DNA of 64,000 nucleotides from Candidatus Nomurabacteria bacterium RIFCSPHIGHO2_01_FULL_41_71. Its GTDB lineage: Bacteria > Patescibacteriota > Minisyncoccia > Phycocordibacterales > UBA9973. The stretch spans positions 4,033-68,032 of the forward strand of contig MFTQ01000021.1 of NCBI GenBank assembly GCA_001785355.1, given 5' to 3'. Below the pieces are notes generated by a model that worked only from the letters and a program-made list of their open reading frames with translations, was not told where the DNA came from and searched no databases. Shown here piece by piece: positions 1-8,305 of the stretch (its first letter is position 1; every line of letters begins with the position of its first letter). A program made the position numbers and the translations under genes.

Positions 1-1898
1 AAGTCCGAGAAGGTGAACCGTTTAGGAACAGAGAAGCGGTAATGTGTATTGTAAAACATTGGGGAAAAGATGAATATTTATGCCAAGAGTGGAAAGATTT
101 TTCAGGTGTTCGAACTCTTATATCTGGTGGTATAGAACCAGATGAAGATGTTGTTACCGCTGGCAAGCGTGAAATTTTAGAAGAGTCAGGTTTTTTGAAT
201 GCAAAGTTTATCAGGCAATTAGGTGGTTTTTCCTATGTAGAATTTTATCACCAAAGGAAGCAGACAAATATGCGAGCACGCTTCCGCTATCTTTATTTTG
301 AATTAGAAAATGGACAACGGGAAAAAATATCTGATAAAGAAAATAATCAACATCAATTTATCTGGAAAAAACAAAACGAAGTTGTGGATTTTTTAAACAT
401 TTCGGAAAAGGAAAGGATTTGGGAACTTTTTATTAATGGAAAAAAAGAAATTTTTACAGATGTTGGATATTTAGTAAATTCGGATAAGTTTGACGGTCTG
501 GATTCTAAAAAAGCAAAAAAAGAAATTGTAAAATTTATCGGTGCAAAGGAAAAAACAACCTTCAAACTTCGCGACTGGGTTTTTTCTAGGCAAAGGTACT
601 GGGGCGAGCCGATACCGCTCGTATTCTGTGAAAATTGTAGACGTCGGACGTCTCTGGAGACGTCCGACGTCTACAATGCGGGCTGGGTGCCAGTGCCGGA
701 TAAGGACTTGCCGGTTTTACTTCCCAAAGTAAAAACTTACAAGCCACGAGATGATGGCGAATCACCGCTCGCGGGGATGAAATCTTGGGTCAATGTGAAA
801 TGTCCGAAGTGTAAAGGTCCGGCCAGGAGGGAAACAGACACGATGCCGAATTGGGCAGGAAGCTCTTGGTATTTTTTGCGCTATACAGACCCAAAAAATA
901 AAAAAGAATTTGCATCACGGAAAAATCTGGAATATTGGACACCTGTGGATTGGTACAACGGGGGAATGGAGCACACTACTTTACACCTTTTATATTCTCG
1001 TTTTTGGCATAAATTTTTATATGATTTGAAGCTAGTGCCGACTATTGAGCCGTACGCGAAACGTACTTCGCATGGGATGATTTTGGCCGATGATGGGACA
1101 AAATTTTCAAAATCGAAAGGCAACGGAGTAGATCCGGATGATTTGGTAAAAACATACGGCGCAGACACTGTTCGTCTGTATGAAATGTTCATGGGGCCGT
1201 TTGATCAGGCGGTATCTTGGAGCACGGACAGCATGGTAGGACCGCGCAGATTTTTAGAGCGGGTGTGGCATATGTCAAGGACCGTCCTTGACAAACCTCA
1301 TCTCAGTCTTCTCCTGAAAGGAGAGGAGAAAGGGAACCCCTTCCCCTTTCAGGGGAAGGCGGGGGATGAGGTTGAACGCCTGTTGCATAAAACAATTAAG
1401 AAAGTATCGGAAGACATTGAAGCTATGCGTTTCAACACAGCAATTTCTACGCTCATGATTTTTGTGAATGAAATTGCTAAATTTGATTCTATCTCGCGGG
1501 ATGTTTACGAAAGATTTCTAAGGCTTCTGGCTCCGTTTGCTCCGCACATCACAGAAGAACTATGGAAAAATATTCACCTACCTCAAACCCCTTCCGAAGG
1601 AAGGGGCAGAACCGGGGCCAAATCTCTCTCCTTTGGGGAGGGCTCGGTAGAGGTGAAGTCAATTCATTTGAGTGAGTGGCCGAAATGGGACCCGAATTTG
1701 ATCAAAGACGAAGAGGCAAAGATTGTAATACAGGTAAACGGAAAAGTGAGAGCTGAAATTATGGTTAAGACAGACGAGGACGAAGAAACTATTAAACATC
1801 AAGTGTTGAATAGCGGGATTGTTTCTAAATACACCGTTGGCAAAGACCTCAAAAAAATGATTTATGTCAAGCACAGACTTATCAACATCGTGATTTAG
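1..1898 (+). CDS. leuS: Leucyl-tRNA synthetase, 5'-truncated by the window edge (frame open from nt 3). Unexpected Nudix-hydrolase box near the visible N-terminus
   Basis: LeuRS motifs: FKLRDWVFSRQRYWGEPIP, CENC...CPKC zinc knuckle, KFSKSK (KMSKS), GADTVRLY, anticodon-binding C-terminus. Nudix box GGIEPDEDVVTAGKREILEESGF at aa 29-51 of the visible frame. Several in-frame GC-rich palindromes. Confidence 0.85.
   Translation, partial: VREGEPFRNREAVMCIVKHWGKDEYLCQEWKDFSGVRTLISGGIEPDEDVVTAGKREILEESGFLNAKFIRQLGGFSYVEFYHQRKQTNMRARFRYLYFELENGQREKISDKENNQHQFIWKKQNEVVDFLNISEKERIWELFINGKKEIFTDVGYLVNSDKFDGLDSKKAKKEIVKFIGAKEKTTFKLRDWVFSRQRYWGEPIPLVFCENCRRRTSLETSDVYNAGWVPVPDKDLPVLLPKVKTYKPRDDGESPLAGMKSWVNVKCPKCKGPARRETDTMPNWAGSSWYFLRYTDPKNKKEFASRKNLEYWTPVDWYNGGMEHTTLHLLYSRFWHKFLYDLKLVPTIEPYAKRTSHGMILADDGTKFSKSKGNGVDPDDLVKTYGADTVRLYEMFMGPFDQAVSWSTDSMVGPRRFLERVWHMSRTVLDKPHLSLLLKGEEKGNPFPFQGKAGDEVERLLHKTIKKVSEDIEAMRFNTAISTLMIFVNEIAKFDSISRDVYERFLRLLAPFAPHITEELWKNIHLPQTPSEGRGRTGAKSLSFGEGSVEVKSIHLSEWPKWDPNLIKDEEAKIVIQVNGKVRAEIMVKTDEDEETIKHQVLNSGIVSKYTVGKDLKKMIYVKHRLINIVI
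637..674. repeat. 38-bp palindrome (18-bp arms, 2-nt centre) inside leuS, in-frame. Core GACGTCGGACGTC
   Basis: gtagacgtcggacgtctc-tg-gagacgtccgacgtctac read directly. Encodes extra RRRTSLETSDVY inside the LeuRS Zn knuckle. Confidence 0.9.
1274..1292. repeat. REP-like palindrome gtcaaggaccgtccttgac inside leuS. Same core as the REPs flanking the RAYT at 5764-6438
   Basis: Core aaggaccgtcctt shared with 5709-5737 and 6444-6472. Confidence 0.7.
1339..1359. repeat. GC-rich hairpin ccttcccct-ttc-aggggaagg inside leuS (in-frame)
   Basis: 9-bp perfect stem. One of a cluster of GC hairpins at 1296-1362 and 1588-1650 encoding low-complexity inserts. Confidence 0.7.
1588..1606. repeat. GC-rich hairpin ccccttcc-gaa-ggaagggg inside leuS (in-frame)
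   Basis: 8-bp perfect stem read directly. Confidence 0.7.
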
Positions 1899-1933
1899 TT
1901 TTTACTTGTATATTTGCAACGATATATAGTATA

Positions 1934-3976
1934 ATGAAAACCATGTGGTCAAATATTTTAGATCGAGTATCTTTTTTATCAATATTTTTAGCAATAATTT
2001 TATTACCGATTTTCTTTCTGCCTTTTACCGGGATACCGATTGAAATTTCAAAAGGATTGCTTTTGGTGGTTGGAATTTCTATTTCACTTATTTTCTGGAC
2101 GATATCCAGGTTTTCGGTGGGCAGGGTAAATTTACCCCGTTCCCCGCTTATCTTCTCCGGCGCGGGAATTGTTTTAGCAGTGTTTTTGTCGGCTTTTTTC
2201 TCGGATGCGCCGGAGATGTCTTTTTTTGGCGTTATCTTTGACTTGGGTACATTTTGGTTTATGTTTGCGGCTTTCATGTTGATGCTTATTTCTTCCATGA
2301 TGGTAAAAGATTCCCAAAATGCTCGAATGCTCTTGTTTGGAGTTATTCTTTCTTCTGTCGTGGTGTCGGTCTTTCAGATTTTTAGGTTCTTCATGCCGGA
2401 AATTTTTTCGTTATCGGTTTTTGAAGGAAAAGCTGGCAATCTCGTTGGATCCTTGAACACCTTGGGGCTTTTAGCCGGTTTTTCCGCCCTAGCCTCTTTG
2501 TTTATTATTGAATTTTTTCCTATTACTAAGCGGATAAAATTTATTCTAGGGGCTTTTATTTTGATTTTCTTGTTTTTGGTTGCTTCCGTAAATTATATTC
2601 TTATTTGGGAGCTTCTGGGAATTTTTTCTTTGCTTATTTTTGTCTATAAAATCTCATTTTTTTCCAGGACTGAAGAAGAAGAAAAAAAGTCTTATTTTCC
2701 AGCTTTTTCTTTTGGAGTATTCATAGTATCGCTTTTATTTTTTATTTCCGGGCAGTTTATAGGGAGTTTCTTGCCCCAAAAGCTTGCTCTTTCCAATACG
2801 GAAGTGAGTCCTTCCATAAGCGGGACTTTCGCGATTATGAAAGAATCTCTAAAAGAAAATCCCGTATTCGGCGTTGGACCCAATAAATTCGGAGAAGCTT
2901 GGGCCATACATAAATCTCTACCCATAAACTCTACCATTTTTTGGGATGTTTTTTTTACTTCCGGGTCCGGGATTTTGCCAACCTTCGCTTCTACTACCGG
3001 AGGGCTTGGCATTTTGTCTTGGCTTGTTTTTTTAGGATTTTTCTTTGTTGAAGGAGTGAAGTCACTTTTTGTAACTATAAAGCAAAACATGAATCGCGAA
3101 GCAGGCATTTTCTTTCTATTATCCTTGTATTTGTTTTCGGCTTGCTTCTTTTATTCCGCGGGCTTGGTGATATTCCTGCTAGCTTTTGCTTTTACCGGAG
3201 TATTTATCGGGCTTTTGTCCAATCGTGAAAAGGGAGAATATCAAATATCGTTTTTAGATGATCACAGAAAAAGCTTTTTTTCCATTCTTTCTTTGGTTGT
3301 GATAATGATAGCTTCCGCGACCGTTGCCTTTAAGTATATAGAGCGTTTCGCTTCCGTTCCGCATTTCCGTAAGTCGGTGCAGACTTCTTCCGTAACTGAA
3401 GCGGAAGCTTCCATAGTTAAAGCTTTGTCACTCTACAACAATGACCTATATTTGAGGACTTATGCTCAGATTTTTCTTGTAAAACTGAATTCTCTTTTGA
3501 GCGAGAATCCATCCGGACTTTCTGATGCGCAAAAGGCGGATTTACAGAAAATGTTCGATCAGGCCGTGCTTGGAGCTTCAGGGGCAATTGCATACAATCC
3601 TAAAAATTATCTGAATCATCAATCCTTGGGCAATGTATATAGTGTGGCGGGGACCCTAGGGGTGGCGAATGCTTATCCAAAAGCGATAGAATCTTTTATG
3701 GCCGCTTCTGACTTAAATCCGCTTAATCCGCGCCTCAAACTTGCCATAGCTCAAATAAATCTTTCCAATAAAAATCAAGAAGAAGCGAAAAAATTCGCGA
3801 ATGAAGCTTTATCTTTGAAGCCGGACTATATTGATGCCATATTGATGCTCTCTCAAGTGGCGAGGGCGGGGGGCGACAGCAAATCGGCTCTTTCTTATGC
3901 TGAACAGGCGCTGTCTCTTTCTCCATCAAACCAGGATCTTTTGAAATATGTGGATTCGCTTAAGGCTGGAAACTAA
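1934..3976 (+). CDS. Polytopic membrane protein with C-terminal TPR repeats (O-antigen ligase/Wzy-like family, tentative)
   Basis: About 10 predicted TM helices, then TPR-like repeats in the last ~200 aa. Confidence 0.45.
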   Translation: MKTMWSNILDRVSFLSIFLAIILLPIFFLPFTGIPIEISKGLLLVVGISISLIFWTISRFSVGRVNLPRSPLIFSGAGIVLAVFLSAFFSDAPEMSFFGVIFDLGTFWFMFAAFMLMLISSMMVKDSQNARMLLFGVILSSVVVSVFQIFRFFMPEIFSLSVFEGKAGNLVGSLNTLGLLAGFSALASLFIIEFFPITKRIKFILGAFILIFLFLVASVNYILIWELLGIFSLLIFVYKISFFSRTEEEEKKSYFPAFSFGVFIVSLLFFISGQFIGSFLPQKLALSNTEVSPSISGTFAIMKESLKENPVFGVGPNKFGEAWAIHKSLPINSTIFWDVFFTSGSGILPTFASTTGGLGILSWLVFLGFFFVEGVKSLFVTIKQNMNREAGIFFLLSLYLFSACFFYSAGLVIFLLAFAFTGVFIGLLSNREKGEYQISFLDDHRKSFFSILSLVVIMIASATVAFKYIERFASVPHFRKSVQTSSVTEAEASIVKALSLYNNDLYLRTYAQIFLVKLNSLLSENPSGLSDAQKADLQKMFDQAVLGASGAIAYNPKNYLNHQSLGNVYSVAGTLGVANAYPKAIESFMAASDLNPLNPRLKLAIAQINLSNKNQEEAKKFANEALSLKPDYIDAILMLSQVARAGGDSKSALSYAEQALSLSPSNQDLLKYVDSLKAGN

Positions 3977-3988
3977 AATGATGGTTGA

Positions 3989-5680
3989 ATGGAAAAGATT
4001 TTCAAGATTTTTGGCAAAGAGTACGAAAATATAAATCAAGCTGCTATTCTCCTGGGGGGTTTTGCTCTTCTCTCTCAGATATTGGGACTTCTTCGGGATC
4101 GTTTACTTGCGCATTTTGTCGGTCCTTCCGCTTCGCTTGATATTTATTATGCGGCTTTCAGGATTCCGGATCTTATCTTCATATCTATTGCATCTCTGGC
4201 CTCTATCACCGTCATTATACCGTTCTTGCAGGAAAAAATGTCTAGTCGTTCAGGCGATGCTTCGATGACGGAGGAGGCGCGAAAATTCCTGAATGATATT
4301 TTTTCGGTGTTTTTTTCGGTGATTATTCTGGTATCGATCTTTGTTTTTTTTCTTATGCCCTATCTTTCTTTTTTTATTGCGCCCGGTTTTACTCCGGAGA
4401 ATCAAGCGCGAGTGATAGAGCTTTCCCGCATTATGCTTCTTTCTCCCATTCTTTTGGGATTATCCAATCTTTTTGGCGCTATTACCCAGATGAATCGCAG
4501 ATTTTTTATTTATGCCCTAAGTCCCATTTTTTATAATCTGGGTATAATCGCCGGTATTTTGTTTTTATATTCTATTTTTGGTTTGCGGGGGCTTGCTTTT
4601 GGAGTGAGTTTGGGAGCTCTAATGCATTTTTTAATTCAAGCTTTTGCTTCTTTCAAATTTGGTTTTTTTCCAAAATTTTCAATTTCTATCAATTTTCAAG
4701 ATATCAGAAAGGCGGTTTTTATTTCCCTACCGAGAACATTGGGGCTATCTGCAAACAACATAGCGCTGATTTTCATTGTGGCTATGGCATCTTTTCTCAA
4801 AAGTGGCTCTATTTCGGTTTTTAATTTATCCTTTAATCTTCAGTCCGTTCCTCTCAATATTGTCGGTATATCCTACGCAGTAGCGGCTTTTCCCACCCTG
4901 GTTAAATCTTTTACTGGCGGGAAAAACAATGAATTTAAAGATCATTTAAAGAGGGCGGGCCGGGCTATTGTATTCTGGTCTATTCCTATCACTTTCATCT
5001 TTATCGTTGCGCGAGCGCAGATTGTGCGGGTGATTCTGGGCTCGCCTTCTTTTTCATGGGAGAATACCAGGCTGGTGGCCGCCTCTCTCGCTATTTTTTC
5101 CGTATCTATTCTGGCGCAGGGTATGGTCGCTCTTTTATCTCGGGCTCATTATGCCAAAGGCAATACCAGACGCCCGCTTGTGGTAAATCTGGTGTCGTCG
5201 ACGGTTATGATATTTTTATCTTATATTCTTTTAAGTTTATTCGAGTCTTGGCCGCTTTTCCGGCACTTTATAGAGTCTATTCTCAAGGTATCGGATATTC
5301 CAGGCACCGCAGTCTTAATGCTTCCGCTGGCTTATGCCCTGGGTACTATATTAAATTTCATCATTCATCTCTACTTTGCCAAGAAAGAGTTTATGGATGG
5401 AGAATCTTTCATATCGAAAACTTTCTTTCAGACACTGGGAGCTTCTTTTTTTATAGGAGTAATGGCGTATTTATCTCTGGGTGTTTTTTCCAATATTTTT
5501 GGCACTACCACCTTCTGGGGAATATTTCTTCAAGGGTTTTTCTCCGTTATATTGGGCATTCTTGCCGGAATAATGGTTTTGCGTTTGCTTGGGAATGAAG
5601 AACTGGAAGAGCTTTTCCGGACTTTCCGAACTAAATTCTGGCGCGCCCGTATTTTACCCCCTTCCCAAGAAGGGCTTTAA
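3989..5680 (+). CDS. murJ: Lipid II flippase MurJ/MviN
   Basis: N-terminal LLGGFALLSQILGLLRDRLLAHFVG...YYAAFRIPD signature; 14-TM architecture. Confidence 0.85.
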   Translation: MEKIFKIFGKEYENINQAAILLGGFALLSQILGLLRDRLLAHFVGPSASLDIYYAAFRIPDLIFISIASLASITVIIPFLQEKMSSRSGDASMTEEARKFLNDIFSVFFSVIILVSIFVFFLMPYLSFFIAPGFTPENQARVIELSRIMLLSPILLGLSNLFGAITQMNRRFFIYALSPIFYNLGIIAGILFLYSIFGLRGLAFGVSLGALMHFLIQAFASFKFGFFPKFSISINFQDIRKAVFISLPRTLGLSANNIALIFIVAMASFLKSGSISVFNLSFNLQSVPLNIVGISYAVAAFPTLVKSFTGGKNNEFKDHLKRAGRAIVFWSIPITFIFIVARAQIVRVILGSPSFSWENTRLVAASLAIFSVSILAQGMVALLSRAHYAKGNTRRPLVVNLVSSTVMIFLSYILLSLFESWPLFRHFIESILKVSDIPGTAVLMLPLAYALGTILNFIIHLYFAKKEFMDGESFISKTFFQTLGASFFIGVMAYLSLGVFSNIFGTTTFWGIFLQGFFSVILGILAGIMVLRLLGNEELEELFRTFRTKFWRARILPPSQEGL

Positions 5681-5708
5681 AATTAAGCAAGAATTAAGCA
5701 AGGACCGG

Positions 5709-5737
5709 AATTAAGCAAGGACCGTCCTTGCTTAATT
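5709..5737. repeat. REP palindrome aattaagcaagga-ccg-tccttgcttaatt upstream of RAYT-1, preceded by partial copies (5681-5708)
   Basis: 13-bp arms read directly; inverted copy at 6444-6472 downstream of the gene. Confidence 0.85.
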
Positions 5738-5763
5738 GAAATATACAATATATAATATCATGT

Positions 5764-6438
5764 ATGTTACGCAAGGATCCATTTATCACCGGCGAATATT
5801 ATCATCTTTATAATCGTGGTATAGATAAAAGAGTAATATTCAAATCAAAAAAAGACTACGAGCGATTTATCATGCTTTTATATATTGCGAATACACAAAC
5901 AGAATCTTTTCGTTTGGATAATTTAATAAATCAACAGCATAAAACATTTAACGAAATTCTGGTATTAGATAGGGGTGAATTAATCATTTCTATTGGTGCA
6001 TGGTCTCTCATGACAAATCATTTTCATTTAATAGTAAGACAAGAAATCGATGGAGGAATTACTAAATTTATGAGAAAATTGGGGACAGGATACTCTATGT
6101 TTTTTAATATTAAATACCAAAGAACAGGTGCCTTGTTTGGCGGATTATTCAAATCAAAATTAATTGGAGTTGATGATAATTATATGCGACAATTATTCGG
6201 ATATATTCATATTAATCCCTTGGAAATAAAATTTCCTGATTGGCAAAAGCAAATCAAAAAACCTTTTAGTGAGATGAAAAAATTTCTTAGATTATATAAG
6301 TATTCCAGTTATCCCGATTATATTGAAGAGGATAGAGTAGAAAAAAATATATTAAATGCCAAAAATTTTCCTAAGTATTTTAATAATGCAAAATCCTTTA
6401 AAGATTTTATGGATGAATATTTCATCGAAAATAATTAA
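5764..6438 (+). CDS. IS200-like/REP-associated tyrosine transposase (RAYT) paralog 1
   Basis: GEYYHLYNRG N-terminus, HxH motif NHFHLIV, Y1-transposase fold hallmarks; flanked by cognate REP hairpins. Confidence 0.75.
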   Translation: MLRKDPFITGEYYHLYNRGIDKRVIFKSKKDYERFIMLLYIANTQTESFRLDNLINQQHKTFNEILVLDRGELIISIGAWSLMTNHFHLIVRQEIDGGITKFMRKLGTGYSMFFNIKYQRTGALFGGLFKSKLIGVDDNYMRQLFGYIHINPLEIKFPDWQKQIKKPFSEMKKFLRLYKYSSYPDYIEEDRVEKNILNAKNFPKYFNNAKSFKDFMDEYFIENN

Positions 6439-6443
6439 GCAAA

Positions 6444-6472
6444 AATTAAGCAAGGACGGTCCTTGCTTAATT
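6444..6472. repeat. REP palindrome (same family as 5709-5737) downstream of RAYT-1
   Basis: aattaagcaaggacggtccttgcttaatt. Confidence 0.85.
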
Positions 6473-6540
6473 TAAAGAGGGGCTTTAAAATTGCGATTTT
6501 TATGGTATCATTTAGTTAAGTCCGCCATGCGGGCTGTTTT

Positions 6541-8301
6541 ATGTTTAATTTAAAGGATTCAATTTCATATATATGGCCAATAATCTCAAAATATAAAAGG
6601 TCTTTTTTCTTTATTTATATTTTGTTTATTTCTAGACCACTTTTATCTAATACTATTGTTCCAATTTTCTACAAAAAAATTATAGATTTAGTTGTTACTC
6701 CAGGTGTTGATAAGTCGTTATTAACAAATTCACTTTTTAAATATGTTGCCATGATTGCTGTATCTTTTGCTATGGCTAATATTTTTATGCGCTGGGGGCA
6801 ATTTCTCGTTACTAGATTTCAATCTAGTGTCATGAAAAATTTAATGGATTTAACTTTTTCTAAACTACAAAATCACTCGTACACATTTTTTGCCGACAGT
6901 TTTTCTGGATCATTGGTAAATAAATCAAAAAAGTTTGTTAAATCGTTTGAAACCGTACACGATATCATTCTTGATAATTTTTGGCAACCATTTATTGCCT
7001 TTTTGTCTATTTTTATAGTGTTTTTTATACAATCTTATCCTATTGCACTGGTCTTTTTTGTAGTTTATCTTTTGTATTTCTTAATTATAATTTCTATGTC
7101 TAAAAAAACAATACAAGCGTATATAGAAAAAGCACAGGCCGATTCAAAAGTTACAGGATACATAGCTGATGCCTTGGTAAATATCTTAGCCACTAAAGCA
7201 TCTTCTGCATCTGCAAGAGAAATTGAAAGTTTTAAGATTGTAACAGCCGAAGAAGATTTTTTACGTTTTAGGGCATGGAATATGGCCAATAAACAACAAA
7301 TTGTGCAATCAATTCTTATTGTTTTTGTTCAAGTTTTCTGTGTATTCTTGGCTGTAGAACTTTGGATTTCTGGTAAAATAACAGCCGGTATGTTTTTACT
7401 AATTCAAAGTTATTCTATAACTCTTGGTAATTATTTTTGGGATTTAGGTAGATCAATGATTAGATTTACTGAAGCAACATCAGATATGAAAGAAATGATT
7501 GATATATTTAAAAAAGTTCCAGATGTACTTGATCCAGAAAAACCAGAGATTTTAAAGATAAAAGATGGAAACTTAGAGTTAAAAGATGTTTCCTTTAATT
7601 ATCTTAATGGTACTGAGGTATTAAATAATTTTTCACTTAAAATTAATAAAGGAGAAAAAGTTGGATTGGTGGGTCATTCCGGTTCTGGAAAATCAACTAT
7701 TACTAAACTCTTAATGCGTTTTGTTGATATATCTGAAGGGGAAATTTTAATTGACGGACAAAACATCAAAAATATAACCCAAGATGATTTAAGAAAAAAT
7801 ATCTCATATATTTCCCAGGAACCTATTTTGTTTCATAGAAGTATAAGAGACAATATTGCTTATAGTAAACCAGAAGCAAATGAAGAACAAATTATAGAGT
7901 CCTCTAAGGCGGCTCACGCAGACGAGTTTATTTCAAGATTAATTATGGGGTACAATACTTTTGTTGGTGAAAGAGGAGTTAAACTCTCCGGCGGAGAGAG
8001 ACAGAGGGTGGCTATAGCGAGAGCAATGTTAAAAGATGCACCAATTCTTATTCTTGATGAAGCGACAAGTTCGTTAGATAGTATTAGCGAGTCTTATATT
8101 CAGGACGCCTTTAATGAGTTAATGAAAGGCAAGACAGCAATAGTGATAGCTCATAGATTGTCCACCGTGCAAAAAATGGACAGGATTATAGTGCTTGATA
8201 AGGGGAAGATAGTGGAAGAAGGAACCCATAAAGAGCTTTTGACCAGAAACGGCTTTTATGCGGATTTATGGAATCATCAAACGGGCGGATTTCTGGAATA
8301 A
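6541..8301 (+). CDS. ABC exporter, fused permease + ATP-binding domain (MsbA-like)
   Basis: 6-TM N-terminal half; Walker A GHSGSGKST, signature LSGGERQRVAIARA, Walker B ILILDEATS. Confidence 0.8.
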   Translation: MFNLKDSISYIWPIISKYKRSFFFIYILFISRPLLSNTIVPIFYKKIIDLVVTPGVDKSLLTNSLFKYVAMIAVSFAMANIFMRWGQFLVTRFQSSVMKNLMDLTFSKLQNHSYTFFADSFSGSLVNKSKKFVKSFETVHDIILDNFWQPFIAFLSIFIVFFIQSYPIALVFFVVYLLYFLIIISMSKKTIQAYIEKAQADSKVTGYIADALVNILATKASSASAREIESFKIVTAEEDFLRFRAWNMANKQQIVQSILIVFVQVFCVFLAVELWISGKITAGMFLLIQSYSITLGNYFWDLGRSMIRFTEATSDMKEMIDIFKKVPDVLDPEKPEILKIKDGNLELKDVSFNYLNGTEVLNNFSLKINKGEKVGLVGHSGSGKSTITKLLMRFVDISEGEILIDGQNIKNITQDDLRKNISYISQEPILFHRSIRDNIAYSKPEANEEQIIESSKAAHADEFISRLIMGYNTFVGERGVKLSGGERQRVAIARAMLKDAPILILDEATSSLDSISESYIQDAFNELMKGKTAIVIAHRLSTVQKMDRIIVLDKGKIVEEGTHKELLTRNGFYADLWNHQTGGFLE

Positions 8302-8305
8302 ATAT

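Noticed and set aside
5658-5676. Short hairpin cccttc-ccaa-gaaggg at the murJ 3' end as another REP copy
   Set aside because: Only a 5-6-bp stem and no loop match to the CAAGR families; could be chance.
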